Assembly: GCA_015680685.1 (NCBI GenBank)
Contig: MNCI01000312.1
Coordinates: 124,001-188,000 of the forward strand
Reading direction: 5' to 3'
Origin: Gnetum montanum
Taxonomy: Eukaryota; Plantae; Gnetophyta
Length of the DNA: 64,000 nucleotides
Shown here: positions 1-11,618 of the stretch, piece after piece
Layout of the letters: every line of letters begins with the position of its first letter
Numbering within the stretch: position 1 is the first letter of the stretch
Notes under the pieces: generated by a model
What the model was told of the DNA's origin: nothing
Database searches by the model: none
Seen by the model: only the letters and a program-made list of their open reading frames with translations
Made by a program: the position numbers and the translations under genes

Positions 1-931
1 GTAGATCCCTTTTATATGTAAGGATGCTGATCATCAGTGTCTTGGTTTGCTAATTCTTTCATGTAGCCCTATGCATTATATTGTGACAATATGCTATCTA
101 TTTTTATTTTATTCTTCTCTTAGATTTGTGCTTGTAGAATGAAGCCTAGAGTAATTGCGAAGGTACAACTCATTATGGTAGCAGGTTACCATGTGACCTT
201 GATGTGTAATATTTGATGATATTTTCCTGTTGTACCAAGAGTGATTATTCTAGTTTTCCCCAATTACATCTCCTTAAACCCCACACCCACACCCTCATTA
301 TGACCTTCATCATCCTAAATGAAAAAGGTAACTTATGTTTGATAGTCATGCATTATGGTAATTTGACATCTCCTTCATTATGCTCCACCATCAAGTTCAT
401 TGAATGCAACATATCTCATTCAATAGGAAAACTAAATCAAACCAGGGCTTGGCAATGAAACCTAATGAAGGTTCCATCCCCTAAAAAATGGGAAAGTAAA
501 TTTTTAAGAAGTGAAATGGTCAATGTTGACTAAAAGACAAACCAATGGCTTCAAACATACAAATGGAGGAGATTGTTGGTCAAAGAAACCTTGGAGTGAG
601 GTGTTGGTTCCTCAAAAACATTATCGAGTGACCAACACTTCAAAGCACAAAGCATAAAAACCTTACTTATTGTTCAACATGTCAATGTCATATCATAGCC
701 ATGATGTCAACCTATGGAACCCATTGCAAGCCCTCATAACCATTTTCTAGTGAAAAAATATAACCTACAAAATTTTACCACCTCTTCATAGCCTTTTTTT
801 CATTATCACAAAGCACTCTTTGACATGACTTGATACTATAGGATCAAGTGCAGGGAGGAAACATTAGTGATGGATAGTGGTGTTTTGTACTTTTTATCCT
901 TGTCTCTTAGTTTAATCCTCCAAACATCAAT
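1..931 (+). mobile_element. 3' internal non-coding region of a Tat/Ogre-like LTR element (5' part outside window)
   Basis: Colinear with ~38280-38830 (gaaacctaatgaaggttccatcccctaaaaaatgg vs gaaacccaatgaaggtttcaccccataaaaaaatgg) and ends in a PPT followed by an LTR. Confidence 0.75.
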
Positions 932-944
932 AAAGAGGGGCCAA
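932..944 (+). promoter_or_regulatory. Polypurine tract
   Basis: aaagaggggccaa immediately before TG; the same motif precedes the LTRs at 38848 (+), 41132 (-) and 54055 (-). Confidence 0.8.
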
Positions 945-2403
945 TGAAAAACCACCTAGAAAATTCATGTTATAACATGTAATCTTCACCACCCAACTTG
1001 AGGCAAGATCTTATTATAAATGTAAGGCTTGTAGTCCATGAGCTACAGTCTTGCATATTTTAACTTTTTGGAGCTAAAAAATGCCTCATACGTTGCTATT
1101 ACCTTACTTCCCAAGTGGAAAAAGTGCTATCATGTCTATATATGTGCTTGGGAAGGCTAAAATTTCCTTGGAGGTAGCTAAATTTGAAATTTTCATGGGT
1201 TTTTGTAGAGGTATAGCCTCAACTAAGTTGGAACAATCTACCCCCAGTGTAGATGGTGTTGGATTCTCATTTCCAAAAAAAAAAAACCCAGTGTAGTCAT
1301 CACAAAACCTAGTGTAGCTAAAATCATCCAACGTTGTTGGGTTTTCCATTTTCTCAGCATTGGCTAGTGTAGGCATAATAGTTTTCTAGTGGTGGTAGCA
1401 TGGCCAATGTAGTTATCATGGATTTCTAGCAGTTGCAATTTGGCTAGTGTAGTTACCATGATTTTAACAAATTCCAACAAATGCTAGCAAAGTCTTCCAA
1501 GGATAGCATAGTTGAGGTGAAGGCCAACATAGTCACAATAGTGTGTTTACGATTTTTAGTATAGAAATGGTTTTTGATGGCTTTGATGCATCAAGAATTA
1601 CTATAAATGGTCAACTATGTTGAAAACCATAACTATTACACCTGCAAATAAACACCAATTTGTTCACAATCATGGTAGAAATTTGCAACATGAAATTATC
1701 AACCTAAAGCCTATAAAAGCTAAATGTAAAAATCTAATTTAGGTTACAAACATTTTTTCTTGAAAAGTTCTAAAAAGCATTTTGTTCCAAACATTTTTGA
1801 AATTGACAAACCTAGCAACCGTTGCAACCTCAAGAATTTCACAACCAATTTGGCAGTTGTAAGACTTTTGAGAAGTAATTTGAATCTACCTAAGCACTAG
1901 ATACTCTCAATGTAGTCTCATTATCACCAAATTGAAAAACCATTGTTTACATTGTTAACACCAAAATGTTGTAGGCCTAAATGAAAACAAATAAGGAGTT
2001 GTAAGAGATTAGAGTTGGGAAGTACCTAGATCGTGGAATCCAACTACAAAACACAATTTTCTAGGTCTAATAGGCTTCAAGCTCCATGGAAGCCAGCTTC
2101 TTGTGCATTTGAGCATACCATATGTACTTAAACTTTAAACTTTTATTTAATGAAATTTTCAATTCAATTAGTTTTTAATAAAGTTTTCAATTCAATTAGT
2201 TTCAAGTTTAATTCTGTGTTTATTTATTTTCATTTGAGTTTGCAATTTTATTTTCTTTTTTATACTTTGTAAGTTCCTAGGTGATCAACAATATCATCTA
2301 GGGCACCTTGGATCCTATTTCTCAGAGGTCCTTGGGATCCAAGGTTAGGATGTTGTACCTAGGATTTTTGATTTTCTAGCAACCAAATTTTTTAGGCACT
2401 ACA
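945..2403 (+). repeat. 3' LTR of Tat/Ogre-like family
   Basis: Begins tgaaaaaccacc and ends ggcactaca; homologous along its length to 2892-4243. Confidence 0.75.
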
Positions 2404-2891
2404 ATGGCCTACAATGTCTAAGGATGCACATATAGTAGTTAAGATTTGCGAGACATGCCAACATCAGGCTCCACTTATTTATGTTTCATATTAACAGCTT
2501 AGGACCTCCAAAATTGTATGGCCTTTCCAAAATAGGGGCTCGATCTTATAGGATCTATCAATCCTTCATCTTCTCTTGGTGACTAGTTTATTTTAATAAC
2601 TACTGAATATTTTACTAAGTGGGTCAAAGCTATTTTTTAAAGTACTAAAACTTCTAAGAATGTTTGTCATTTAATTTTAGATAATATAATCACTTACTTT
2701 TGTATCCCTCTCCACATCATGACAAATAATGGACCTCAATTCAAGAGCAAATAACTAGCCAAATTTTATGATCAATATCAAATTACCCATTCATTCTCAT
2801 TTTTGTATTACCCACAATCCAATGGGAAAGCTAAATTAACCAATAAATACACCATCTATTTACTAAAAGTCATGATTGAAGAATCCCAATG
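2404..2891 (+). pseudogene. Degenerate Ty3/gypsy integrase fragment between two LTRs
   Basis: Reads (with frameshifts and stops) CETCQ...WPFQ..GLDLIG.INPSSS...FILITTEYFTKWVKA...NGPQF...YYPQSNGKA. Confidence 0.85.
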
Positions 2892-4243
2892 TGAAACACC
2901 ACCAAGAAATCTCATGTTGCAACTTGTAACCTTCACCATCAAAACCCAAGGCTAGAATTTTATTATAAAATGTGAAGATTATAATCCATCAGATATAATT
3001 TCACATACTTTAACTTTTGGGGCTGAAAAAATGCCTCATAACCTATTATAACATCACTTTCCAAGTGAAAAAGGTGCTTTAATATCTATATTTGGGCTTG
3101 GGAACCTGAAAATGACTTTTGGACTACCAAAATTGGCATTTTCATTAGTTTTATGGGGGTATGACCATTACTACGCTAGAAACACCCATGCCCAGCATTG
3201 GGGGATTGGGTTTTCATCTTCCCTATAATGACTAACATAGTTTCCAAAAATCTTCAATGTTGCTACATTAGGCCAGTGTTGGAGTAGTTGGGGTTTCTAT
3301 TTTTTGCAATACATTTTAGCATTACTTCAACAACTCCAGTGTTGCTACAAAAGACTAGCATGGATGGGAGAAGCTAGTGTGGTTGGAAAAGCCCATTTAC
3401 TATTTATGGTAATTAGCATGATTTTGGTGCCTTGGGGGTACCAAAACTTACCATAAATGGAAACTACACTAGAATTGAAAGCCTGTCATGCCTACACATG
3501 ATGACAATCTGTTAGTAATCATGACAAAAATTTTCAAACAAAAATAAATAGCCATATAGCATATAAAAGCCCATCTCAAACACCTTGAAGAGGTTCTTTC
3601 ACTTTTGAATTCCTTGCATTCAAAAAGCTTTTGGTAATTCTTGAGCATAAGAACCTTTGACAACCACAAGCACTTGTGACCTTTGAGGATTATGTGAGAT
3701 TTTTAGAGTAACGTCCAACTACCTAAGCACAAAGATTCTCAACGTAGCACCCCCTTTTCCATAAAAGTTATTTACACACCTTACCCCTCTGTGATCAATG
3801 TTGTAGATTTGGAAAATTAACTCACAATGAGTTTTAGTGTTGGAAGTTGGGAAGTACCTAGATCATGGAGCTAACCATAGAGAGAAAACTACTAGCTCCA
3901 ATAGGCTTTGAACTTCATAAATGCAAACTCATCATGCACATAGGCACATTATTTGTACACATTTCCAAACTTTTTATTTTCAAATTTTATTGTAATGAAG
4001 TTTATAGTTCATTTTTGTGTAAATTACTATAATTCCATTTTGTGCATTCAATTTTAGTTTTAAATCTACATTATTTTATGATGTATTTACCCTTGTTTAC
4101 ACTTTTTAAGTGCTTGGGTGATTGACAAGAGCATCCAGGTTACATTGGATCCTCATTCTTAGAGGCCATTGGGATCCAAGGTTAAAACTATTTTTTCCTT
4201 GGAACTTTCAGTTTTCCAACAATTGAATTTTTTAGGCACAATA
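2892..4243 (+). repeat. 5' LTR of A1
   Basis: tgaaacaccacc start, ggcacaata end (compare ggcactaca at 2403), followed by PBS-like tagagctaaaagaaagg at 4250-4266. Confidence 0.7.
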
Positions 4244-4955
4244 GTTTTCTAGAGCTAAAAGAAAGGCCTTTGTCCAAATTTTTCTTTCAATCCCATTTTT
4301 TCCTTTCATAAACATTTCTTTTTTGTAAGTTTAAAAATCTCTCATTTACATCAAAATCCTTTAAAAGTTATTAATAATTTTTCTACAAAAGAAAATCAAT
4401 GTTGCAATCCATTTTTTTGCCATCAAGACCCATCATTATGGTTGGAAGTGATTTAGGTATGTTATAAAATTTCTACAAAAGTTGTTGTACTTTTCAAGGA
4501 AAGCATGGTTGTTAGTGGAACCTACCTTGTATATTCCAAAGACTAGTGTTGTTCCACCACAACCATCCAAATGCCCATGTTGTGAAATTTTCCAGCAAAG
4601 CTAGTGTTGGTCCTTCTCAAAACATCAACATGGATTGTGAAAAAAAAAACAAAAATTTTATATTCACTTTTTCAAATACAAACATCATCTTGACCAAGAG
4701 GGGGAGCCCCAACACAATGCAAGTGGGTAAGAGAATTGTTGACACCTTACCCCCTTTCCCTTCTCTAGCATAGCCCCTATTGGCAAAGCTACCATAGTTG
4801 GTTTATCCAACATCAAAACTGCTATATTTCTCTCAAGTGCAAGACATACCTCTGTCACTACAACCTGCATTGCACTTGTAGTTGTATTTTACAACATTTT
4901 TACAAAAATACCCCTCTTTCATCTTAGGTAATTTCACTTGTTGGAGAGGCAACTT

Positions 4956-6819
4956 ATGGCAGAGGCTCCAGCAGCAGCAACGGCGACCCCAGCAGCGGCA
5001 GCAACGAATCCGGCCGTAGCAGCAGCGACTACGGCCGCGACCCACATGACAGCGACTACAGCAGCAGCAGCAACGACTCCAGCAACCGCAACAACGACTC
5101 CAGCAGCAGCAGCAGTGACTCCAGCAGCAGCAGTGGCGAATACGGCCGCAACCCGCACGATAGAGACTACAGCGACTACGGCGGCAGCAACCTCCAGGAC
5201 CACGCCCCTCGCAATGGTGACCCCGGCAGCGGCTGACACTGCGACCCCCATGGCTACGGCCGACACCGCAACCCCCACGGCTACGATCGTCGAGCTTCCT
5301 GGGACGGCTGACATCGCGGCCGTGACAACCGGGGTGGCCACAACTCCTGGCGGGGCCATCGAGGCTCATTCCCGTTCTAACAACACCCTGCGCCTTCGCA
5401 TCCATAACCCCCCTACCGATGGCATGCGTACCATGGAACGGAGCCTCATCGGTCGTTTCATCTCCCGGGGGAGCCGCCCCCGGCTGGACCTGATTCGACA
5501 CTAGGTTAAGGAGCAGTGGAAGCTGGAGGACGTTACCGTCCGGAGCCTCTCGGAGGACCTACTCCTCTTCGTCCTCCCCTCCTTGCAAACCCGCGACTCC
5601 ATTCTTCTCGGAGGGCCTTGGTTCTATGGGGCCCGGGGTCTCGCATTAACCCCCTGGCACCCCGGTGCCCACAGAGAACCCGATCTATTTACCCGCACCC
5701 TAGTCTGGATCTAGGTGGCCGATATCCCGTGGGAGTTATGGAGCCTTGAGTTCCTACAGGAGGTGGCGGGACATTTCAGAGAGTTCATCACTTTCGACAG
5801 GGTCACGTGGTCGCTGGACCGATTGGGCTTTGCCCATTTTTGTGTCTGGCAAAACCTGTCCACGACCGACCTCGTCCAAGAGGTCATCTTCGAACTCCCA
5901 GGAGGGGAGGAATCCCTCCAAATTACCTATGAAAACATAGACGTTTGGGACCAGTCACTGCACAACATGGCTCCTAGCACGGACCAGTCGGGCGGGTGCG
6001 AATGCTCTGGTAAGTCGGGCCATCGTGAAACAGACTGTCGTTTTCACAAGCCTCGCTCGACTAACCCTGCCCGCCAGCTTTTCGAGGAGGACAACTGGGT
6101 CTCCATGGGCCGTAAGGGATGACTGCGTCCCCCACCCAATCACCCCCCCCCCCCCCCCCCCACACTCCCAACCTCCCCCCATCCCGACTCCGCCCCCCTC
6201 ACCCCACTATACCACGTCCCTCAAACCCAACTCAACCTCCCCCCCCCCCCCCCCCTTGCCCCCCCCCCCCCCGCTCCCTCTCCCCCATCACCACCAGTCA
6301 CTCCCCGCCCCCCCCCCCCCCTCCCGCCTCCCCCCCCCCCCCCCCCTTGCCCCCCCCCCCCCCGCTCCCTCTCCCCCATCACCACCAGTCACTCCCGTCC
6401 CCCCTCACGCCTTCCTGCTACTCCCCCACATTCCCTCTCCCCCACTACCACCCACAGGTCCCCCGTCAAGACACCCCATCGCTCCCAATCACCAGCCCCC
6501 ACCCTCCAACCACAACCACCTGAACTGGAGCCACTGCTCCCCCCACTGGGGGAGTGGGTCAATGTTGTTCGGAGGAGTACCCGGACCAGACAGCGCAAAG
6601 CACCATAGTCCCAAGCTGAAACTAGTTGCACCCCGGTGGTCTGTGAGGGGGAGGGGCGCCCAGGCCACCTGACTGAATCCCGATCCAGAAGTTGACAAGC
6701 CCAACGACACATCGACTTGGGGCAACAGCAGACCTTACGGGAGGTCTACCAGTGCCACACCTCTGGTTGTGCATGAATATTTTCAGTTGGAATTGCCGGG
6801 GGCAGGGTACCCCCTATAA
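4956..6819 (+). pseudogene. LINE ORF1 (Ala/Thr-rich N-terminus, DUF4283-type domain, zinc knuckle, Pro-rich tail), disrupted
   Basis: ATG at 4956; reading through TAG 5502 and 5712 gives GGPWFYGARGLALTPWHP...VWI.VADIPWELWS; knuckle-like CECSGKSGHRETDC; frameshifts in poly-C; probable end at TAA 6817-6819 overlapping the ORF2 start. Confidence 0.85.
6143..6400 (+). repeat. Poly-C tracts and a ~90-bp-period direct duplication in the ORF1 Pro-rich region
   Basis: C runs of 10 to about 18 nt; ...cttgcccccccccccccgctccctctcccccatcaccaccagtcactcccg occurs twice. Confidence 0.9.
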
Positions 6820-9800
6820 ACAAAATACCCTGCGCCGTATTGTCAGAGAGGAGAATTGTGACATGGTTTACCTCTAGGAAACCAAGTTGCAGGCTGCGGA
6901 ATCCGGTCACCTCCAGTGGACGGGCTGGACCACATACTTGCACCCCAGCCAGGGCCGGGCCGGCGGCCTGGCCATTCTGGCATGCCCTGCCACCACTCTG
7001 GTGGATGCCTCCCCATGGATCATCACGATCCACATCCCTGTCTATGGTTTTTGCCTGACCAACTTCTATGGGGTGTAGGCTTGGGAACTACGGCTCCAGG
7101 AGTTGAATCGGGTGGCCTCGCTAGTGTCGGACCACGGCTCCTGGGTGGTTGTCGGTGACTTCAACCAGCGTTTGTACCTCTGGGAGAAATATGGGGGGGC
7201 CGCCCCCCCTGATGCGCCTAATTTCATGGAGTTCCTTGAGAGAATGTCTCTTGTTGATTTGCCCATTGCGAACTGCTGTTTCACCTGGAGTAACCGGCGA
7301 AAAGGGGCGCACTGGGTTCTCACCCGCATTGATCGGGTCTGCGTTAGCTTTGCTCTCCTCCTTGGCACCGCCATCACCGTGTCTGGGCAGGAGAGGGCTG
7401 CTTTTGACCACCGCTCGCTGGTGGTGTCCATTGGCCCGCCTCCGCCCCGGGCCCCACGCCCTTTTCGGTTTGAGCTCTCATGGCTTTCCAAGCCGTGGCT
7501 TCGCCCACTAGTGGAGGACATCTGGGCAGACTACAAACTGGGTCGGATAGACCCTCAGACCTTCCTCAAAGAAGCTCTCCTTTAGCTCAAGTGGGCCATC
7601 CAGGCCCTCCCGGTGGAGGAGAAGTTTTCGTTTCAGGCTGGCCACAAGCTGGTTCGGGCGCGGCTCGGATGCCTCCAGGCGCAACAAGAGAATGGGGAGG
7701 ACCTGCACACGGAGGAGATGCACCTCCTTCATCAACTCCAGAGTCTCGACCATGAGGAGGAGATCTATTGGCGGCAGTGATCTCGGATTAGATGGCTCCG
7801 CGAGGGGGACTGACATACGAAATTCTTCTTCGCCATGGCAAAGACCCGTGGCGAAACCCAGATCCGTAGTATCCATACCCAGGCTGGGGTGGTGGTTGAT
7901 GACCCGCAGGGGATCGCTAATGAGCTCTCGGGCTACTGGGGGCGTATTTGGAATAAGCGCCTCACCCAGCCCATCTCCGTCCCTGTGGCGAAGGTGCTCA
8001 CTGCTGCGGACAATCAACACCTTCTGGCCCCCTTCTCTGGGATCGAGTTGACCAACACTATCAACAACATGCTGGGAGGTAAAGCGCCTAGTCCGGACGG
8101 CTGGTCTCTAGAGTTCTTCAAATATTTCTTGGATATTGTGGGCCCCAATCTTTTGGATGCTTTCAACGTCATGCTGGCCAGATGGCAAGTACGGTGTGAA
8201 CTCAACTACTCGCGCATCATCTGCATCCTCAAACAGTTGAATGCACACCTCCCAGAGCACTTTTCGTCCCATTGGTGTGTGCAATGTCCTCATCCGCATC
8301 TTCTCCAAACTCCTGGTCAATCGTCTGGGCCCCCTCTTGCCTAGGTTGGTTGGACGCAATCAGGCGGGCTTCGTCCATGGTAGGACCCTCCAGGATCAGG
8401 TCCTTCTTATGCAAGAGGTCCTTCACTCCCTCCGCACTACGGGGTTTCCTGGTCTTTGTCTCAAGCTAGACATCGCGAAGGCCTACGACATGCTTAGTTG
8501 GGACGCCCTGCATGACATCATGCATAGGAAAGGCTTTGACCCTAGATTTATCCAATTATGTTTGCATATCCAGTCCTCTGCCTGATTCTCTTTTGACGTG
8601 GGGGGGCGGCTGTGGGGCTTTTCCTCCCCTAGTCGAGGTCTGAGACAAGGCGACCCCCTGTCCCCATTGCTTTTCATCATTGCCATGGACCTCATGCAAT
8701 CCTATTGCAGCACCTCAGGGGTGGAGGGCCTGGACATTGCGGGGGTGGCTTGCCGGGTTAAACACTACGCTGATGATACCATGCTTCTCAGCCGGGTGGC
8801 GGTCCCGCAGGCCCGGTGTATCAACCTGGCTCTGACCAGATTGGCCGCCAAGTTAGGTTTAGAGATCAACCGCACCAAGTCAGCGGCGCACTTCATCAAC
8901 GTGGATCCACAGGTGCAGAACCGCGTCACACAAATTCTGAACGTGCAACCCGGGAAGAACACCGATACCTACATGGGTATCCCGTTGTTCCAGTGGGGGC
9001 AGAACAATACTTGGACTCCCCTCCTGGCCAAGCTCGAGCACCACATCAATCACTGGGCAAACCATTTTCTGACGCGCAAGGGTTGCCTCCTCATAGCCAC
9101 TGGGATCCTTGCTGCCACCACGCGCTTTGTGGCGATGGTCGCCGAGCCCCCTGTGGCCATCATCCACCAGATCAATGCTAGGATCCATTGTTTCCTGTGG
9201 AGGGGGGGCAAAGGGGGGAGCAAACTCCACCTTGTCAATTGGCATCGCGTGGCCCGTCCTCGTACGACGGGGGGCTGGGGATCACCACTTTCGAGGATGA
9301 GTGTGCGATGGGGCAGCAGTGGCTGGTCAACTGACTCACTTGTGCTCAGGGGGAGTGTAGTCAGTGGGCCCGTATCATTCACCGGAAGTACATGCTCTGG
9401 CTGTTTGGATCACATGGCTCAAGGCCTTGGCTGTCAATTTGTCGGCACGTGCGGCGGATGTTGAGTATAAACTGGATCCACCTCGAGCCGCGCGATATCT
9501 TGACCCATAAATTTCTCCCTGAAAACGGTTGGCTGGAGGTCTGGCACGGGCGGCTCCCCGAGAAAGTCAAAATCTTTCTCTAGATGCTCAGATCTGCCGC
9601 GCTCCCCATGTGTGTGTTTCTGCAGCAGCGCAACATCTTGCAGGACCCCACGTGTCCGTGCTATGGCTGAGGCCCCAAGACCCTCAACCACTTCATTTAT
9701 GATTGCCCCTACATGCTTGCCACTTGGCGTGCATGCAGAAGGCCCCCCCCTTTCCCTACGGCATTTTGATGGCAACTCCTGGTCAGCGCTGTTGTTGTGG

Positions 9801-9989
9801 CACGCCTGGAAGGCGCAGAATCGCACGGTCTTTGCACAGGCGGCTACCCCCCAGCAACTTATCCAGCAGACCTGCAGAGCGTGGCGTGAGATTACAGATG
9901 CTATGGGGAAGACGCCAACGTACGAGCTTGACTGCGCCGCCTACCAGGCCGACGAGGAGCTGTGGCGGATGGTCTGTCAGTGCGGTTGA
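6773..9989 (+). pseudogene. LINE ORF2: APE endonuclease, reverse transcriptase, zf-RVT; disrupted
   Basis: MNIFSWNCRG, L(Q)ETK, VVGDFN, FTWSN, RIDR, FDH, EEIYWRQ.SR..WLREGD, FRPIGVCN, KLDIAKAYD, GLRQGDPLSPLLF, YADD, LHLVNW, GGLG, WHAWKAQNRTVF; several stops and about three frameshifts. Confidence 0.95.
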
Positions 9990-11248
9990 GTCGCCCTGCT
10001 GCAGCGGCTGGTCGGGGACCCTGACCTTCCTGACAACTCCTTCTTTACTAACTGGCACGGAGATCAGACCTACTTCCAGGGCCAAGAAATTCGCTTGACG
10101 GAGGCCGCCCTGGCCAACTACCTGGGGGTCCCGGCCGTTGGGGAGGTCATCTTTCCAACCTCTCGCGGCCTTCATAACTCTGCGACCTTTTTTGAGGGGT
10201 CTTCCCCGAGAACGTAGAGGCATCAGGTTCCTCGGACCTCCCTCCCGTGCCTTTGGGCCCACGCAGCCGCCTTGGTGGAACGCTTTTTTGTCCAGTCAGG
10301 AAATGTCTCCAAACTCCAAGGGTTGCATTTTACTTTCCTAAGGTGCTTGAAGGATGGCACCCTAGTTAACATGCCTTATTTCTTCCTCGAGACCCTTCGC
10401 CTTCACCGACACGGTCGCCACTTGGGGCTTATTTTAGCTCTGTGGCGGGGGGGGGGGGCGACNGGGAGCCAGGCCCATCCTCTGCCCCCGCTAGGGGTCG
10501 TCTTGCTGATACCCCCTACTTCCCCCACTTCCTCCACCCCGCCCACTCAACGGCGGTGGGCCGCTTTCAACCTTACCTGGAGACGTCGCTCCCACCGCAA
10601 TCCTGCCCCCTTGCTTGACCCCCCCAGCGTCCCCCCTGAATTGGGAGGAGCAGCTTCAACAGGCGGTCGCTGCGGCTCGAGAGGTCGAGCGACAGACTTC
10701 GGAGATTCGGTGGACCGAGACCCTGGCCCAATGGCGTGCCGACCACGAAGCCCATCTTCAGGAACAAGCACAACAGCTGAACAGGTAGCATACGCTCACG
10801 ATGGAGACCTTGCAGGCCCAGCTCATGGATGAGCTCTGGGCCCGAATCAGGGAGGAGTTGCGTCAGGAGGAGGCAGCCCGTCAGGCTTAGGAGGCAGTGG
10901 CTCGGGAGAAACAGGAACGCTTGCATGAGGAAGAAGAGCAACGACAATTGCAACTCGACCGGGCACATCAGCATAGCGCCCGCCAGTGGCTCAGGGGGGG
11001 GCGCTACTCGTATAGCATTTTAGGCATCAGCTGTGAGAGCTTCTGGGGGGAGCTCAGACGCCACATTTGGCGCACGTCTGCTAGATTCCACCCTGATGCG
11101 GGGGATTCCCCAGTGGACCGGAGCAGACGCGAGGCTCTTATGCAGGGCTTCCAGCAAGCTGCTAACTTTGTGGACACTGAGGAGCACCACGCCACCCTAG
11201 ACATGCTTCATGAGCTGGAGCAGCCTCGGTGCGCCTGTCGCCAGCTGC
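9990..11248 (+). pseudogene. C-terminal extension of LINE ORF2 (or an ORF3): plant-transposon accessory-type domain, coiled coil, J-domain
   Basis: Same frame as the ORF2 tail to ~10620, then a shift at a C-run; coiled coil WEEQLQQAVAAAREVERQ...REELRQEEAARQA; J-domain YSILGIS...ELRRHIWRTSARFHPD...LMQGFQQAANFVDTEEHHATLD at ~11005-11202; stop hidden in or after the N gap. Confidence 0.75.
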
Positions 11249-11457
11249 NNNNNNNNNNNNNNNNNNNNNNNNNNNNNNNNNNNNNNNNNNNNNNNNNNNN
11301 NNNNNNNNNNNNNNNNNNNNNNNNNNNNNNNNNNNNNNNNNNNNNNNNNNNNNNNNNNNNNNNNNNNNNNNNNNNNNNNNNNNNNNNNNNNNNNNNNNNN
11401 NNNNNNNNNNNNNNNNNNNNNNNNNNNNNNNNNNNNNNNNNNNNNNNNNNNNNNNNN
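11249..11457. other. Assembly gap
   Basis: Run of N. Confidence 1.
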
Positions 11458-11618
11458 TTTCAGTAATACAATCCCGAACATTCTCTCAAAAAAAAAAAAT
11501 TTCACTTGTTGGAATTTTTTCTAATTAATTAATTAATTAGAAAATTTATTAAACCAACGTTAAACTAGTAAGAATGTCTTCCGGCCAATCAACCATATTT
11601 TCCCTTAACCTGACTAAT

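Larger units (their letters stand above)
4946..11497 (+). mobile_element. Apparently full-length L1-clade non-LTR retrotransposon (LINE) with an extra C-terminal module
   Basis: Perfect 16-bp TSD aatttcacttgttgga at 4930-4945 and 11498-11513; A-tail from 11488; ORF1 and ORF2 motifs; sharp GC-rich island in AT-rich DNA. Confidence 0.95.

Noticed and set aside
4833-5504. Ala/Thr-rich ORF resembling an antifreeze or arabinogalactan protein, and overlapping minus-strand ORFs
   Set aside because: It is the low-complexity N-terminus of LINE ORF1 inside the TSDs; the minus-strand ORFs are shadows of a GCA-rich repeat.
6025-6672. Pro-rich ORF resembling an extensin or formin
   Set aside because: It is the ORF1 tail between the zinc knuckle and ORF2; no signal peptide or host gene context.
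10897-11466. An independent host DnaJ gene
   Set aside because: It lies between the LINE RT and its poly-A/TSD, lacks introns and its own start context, and shares the LINE's composition. The ORF-track length is inflated by Ns.
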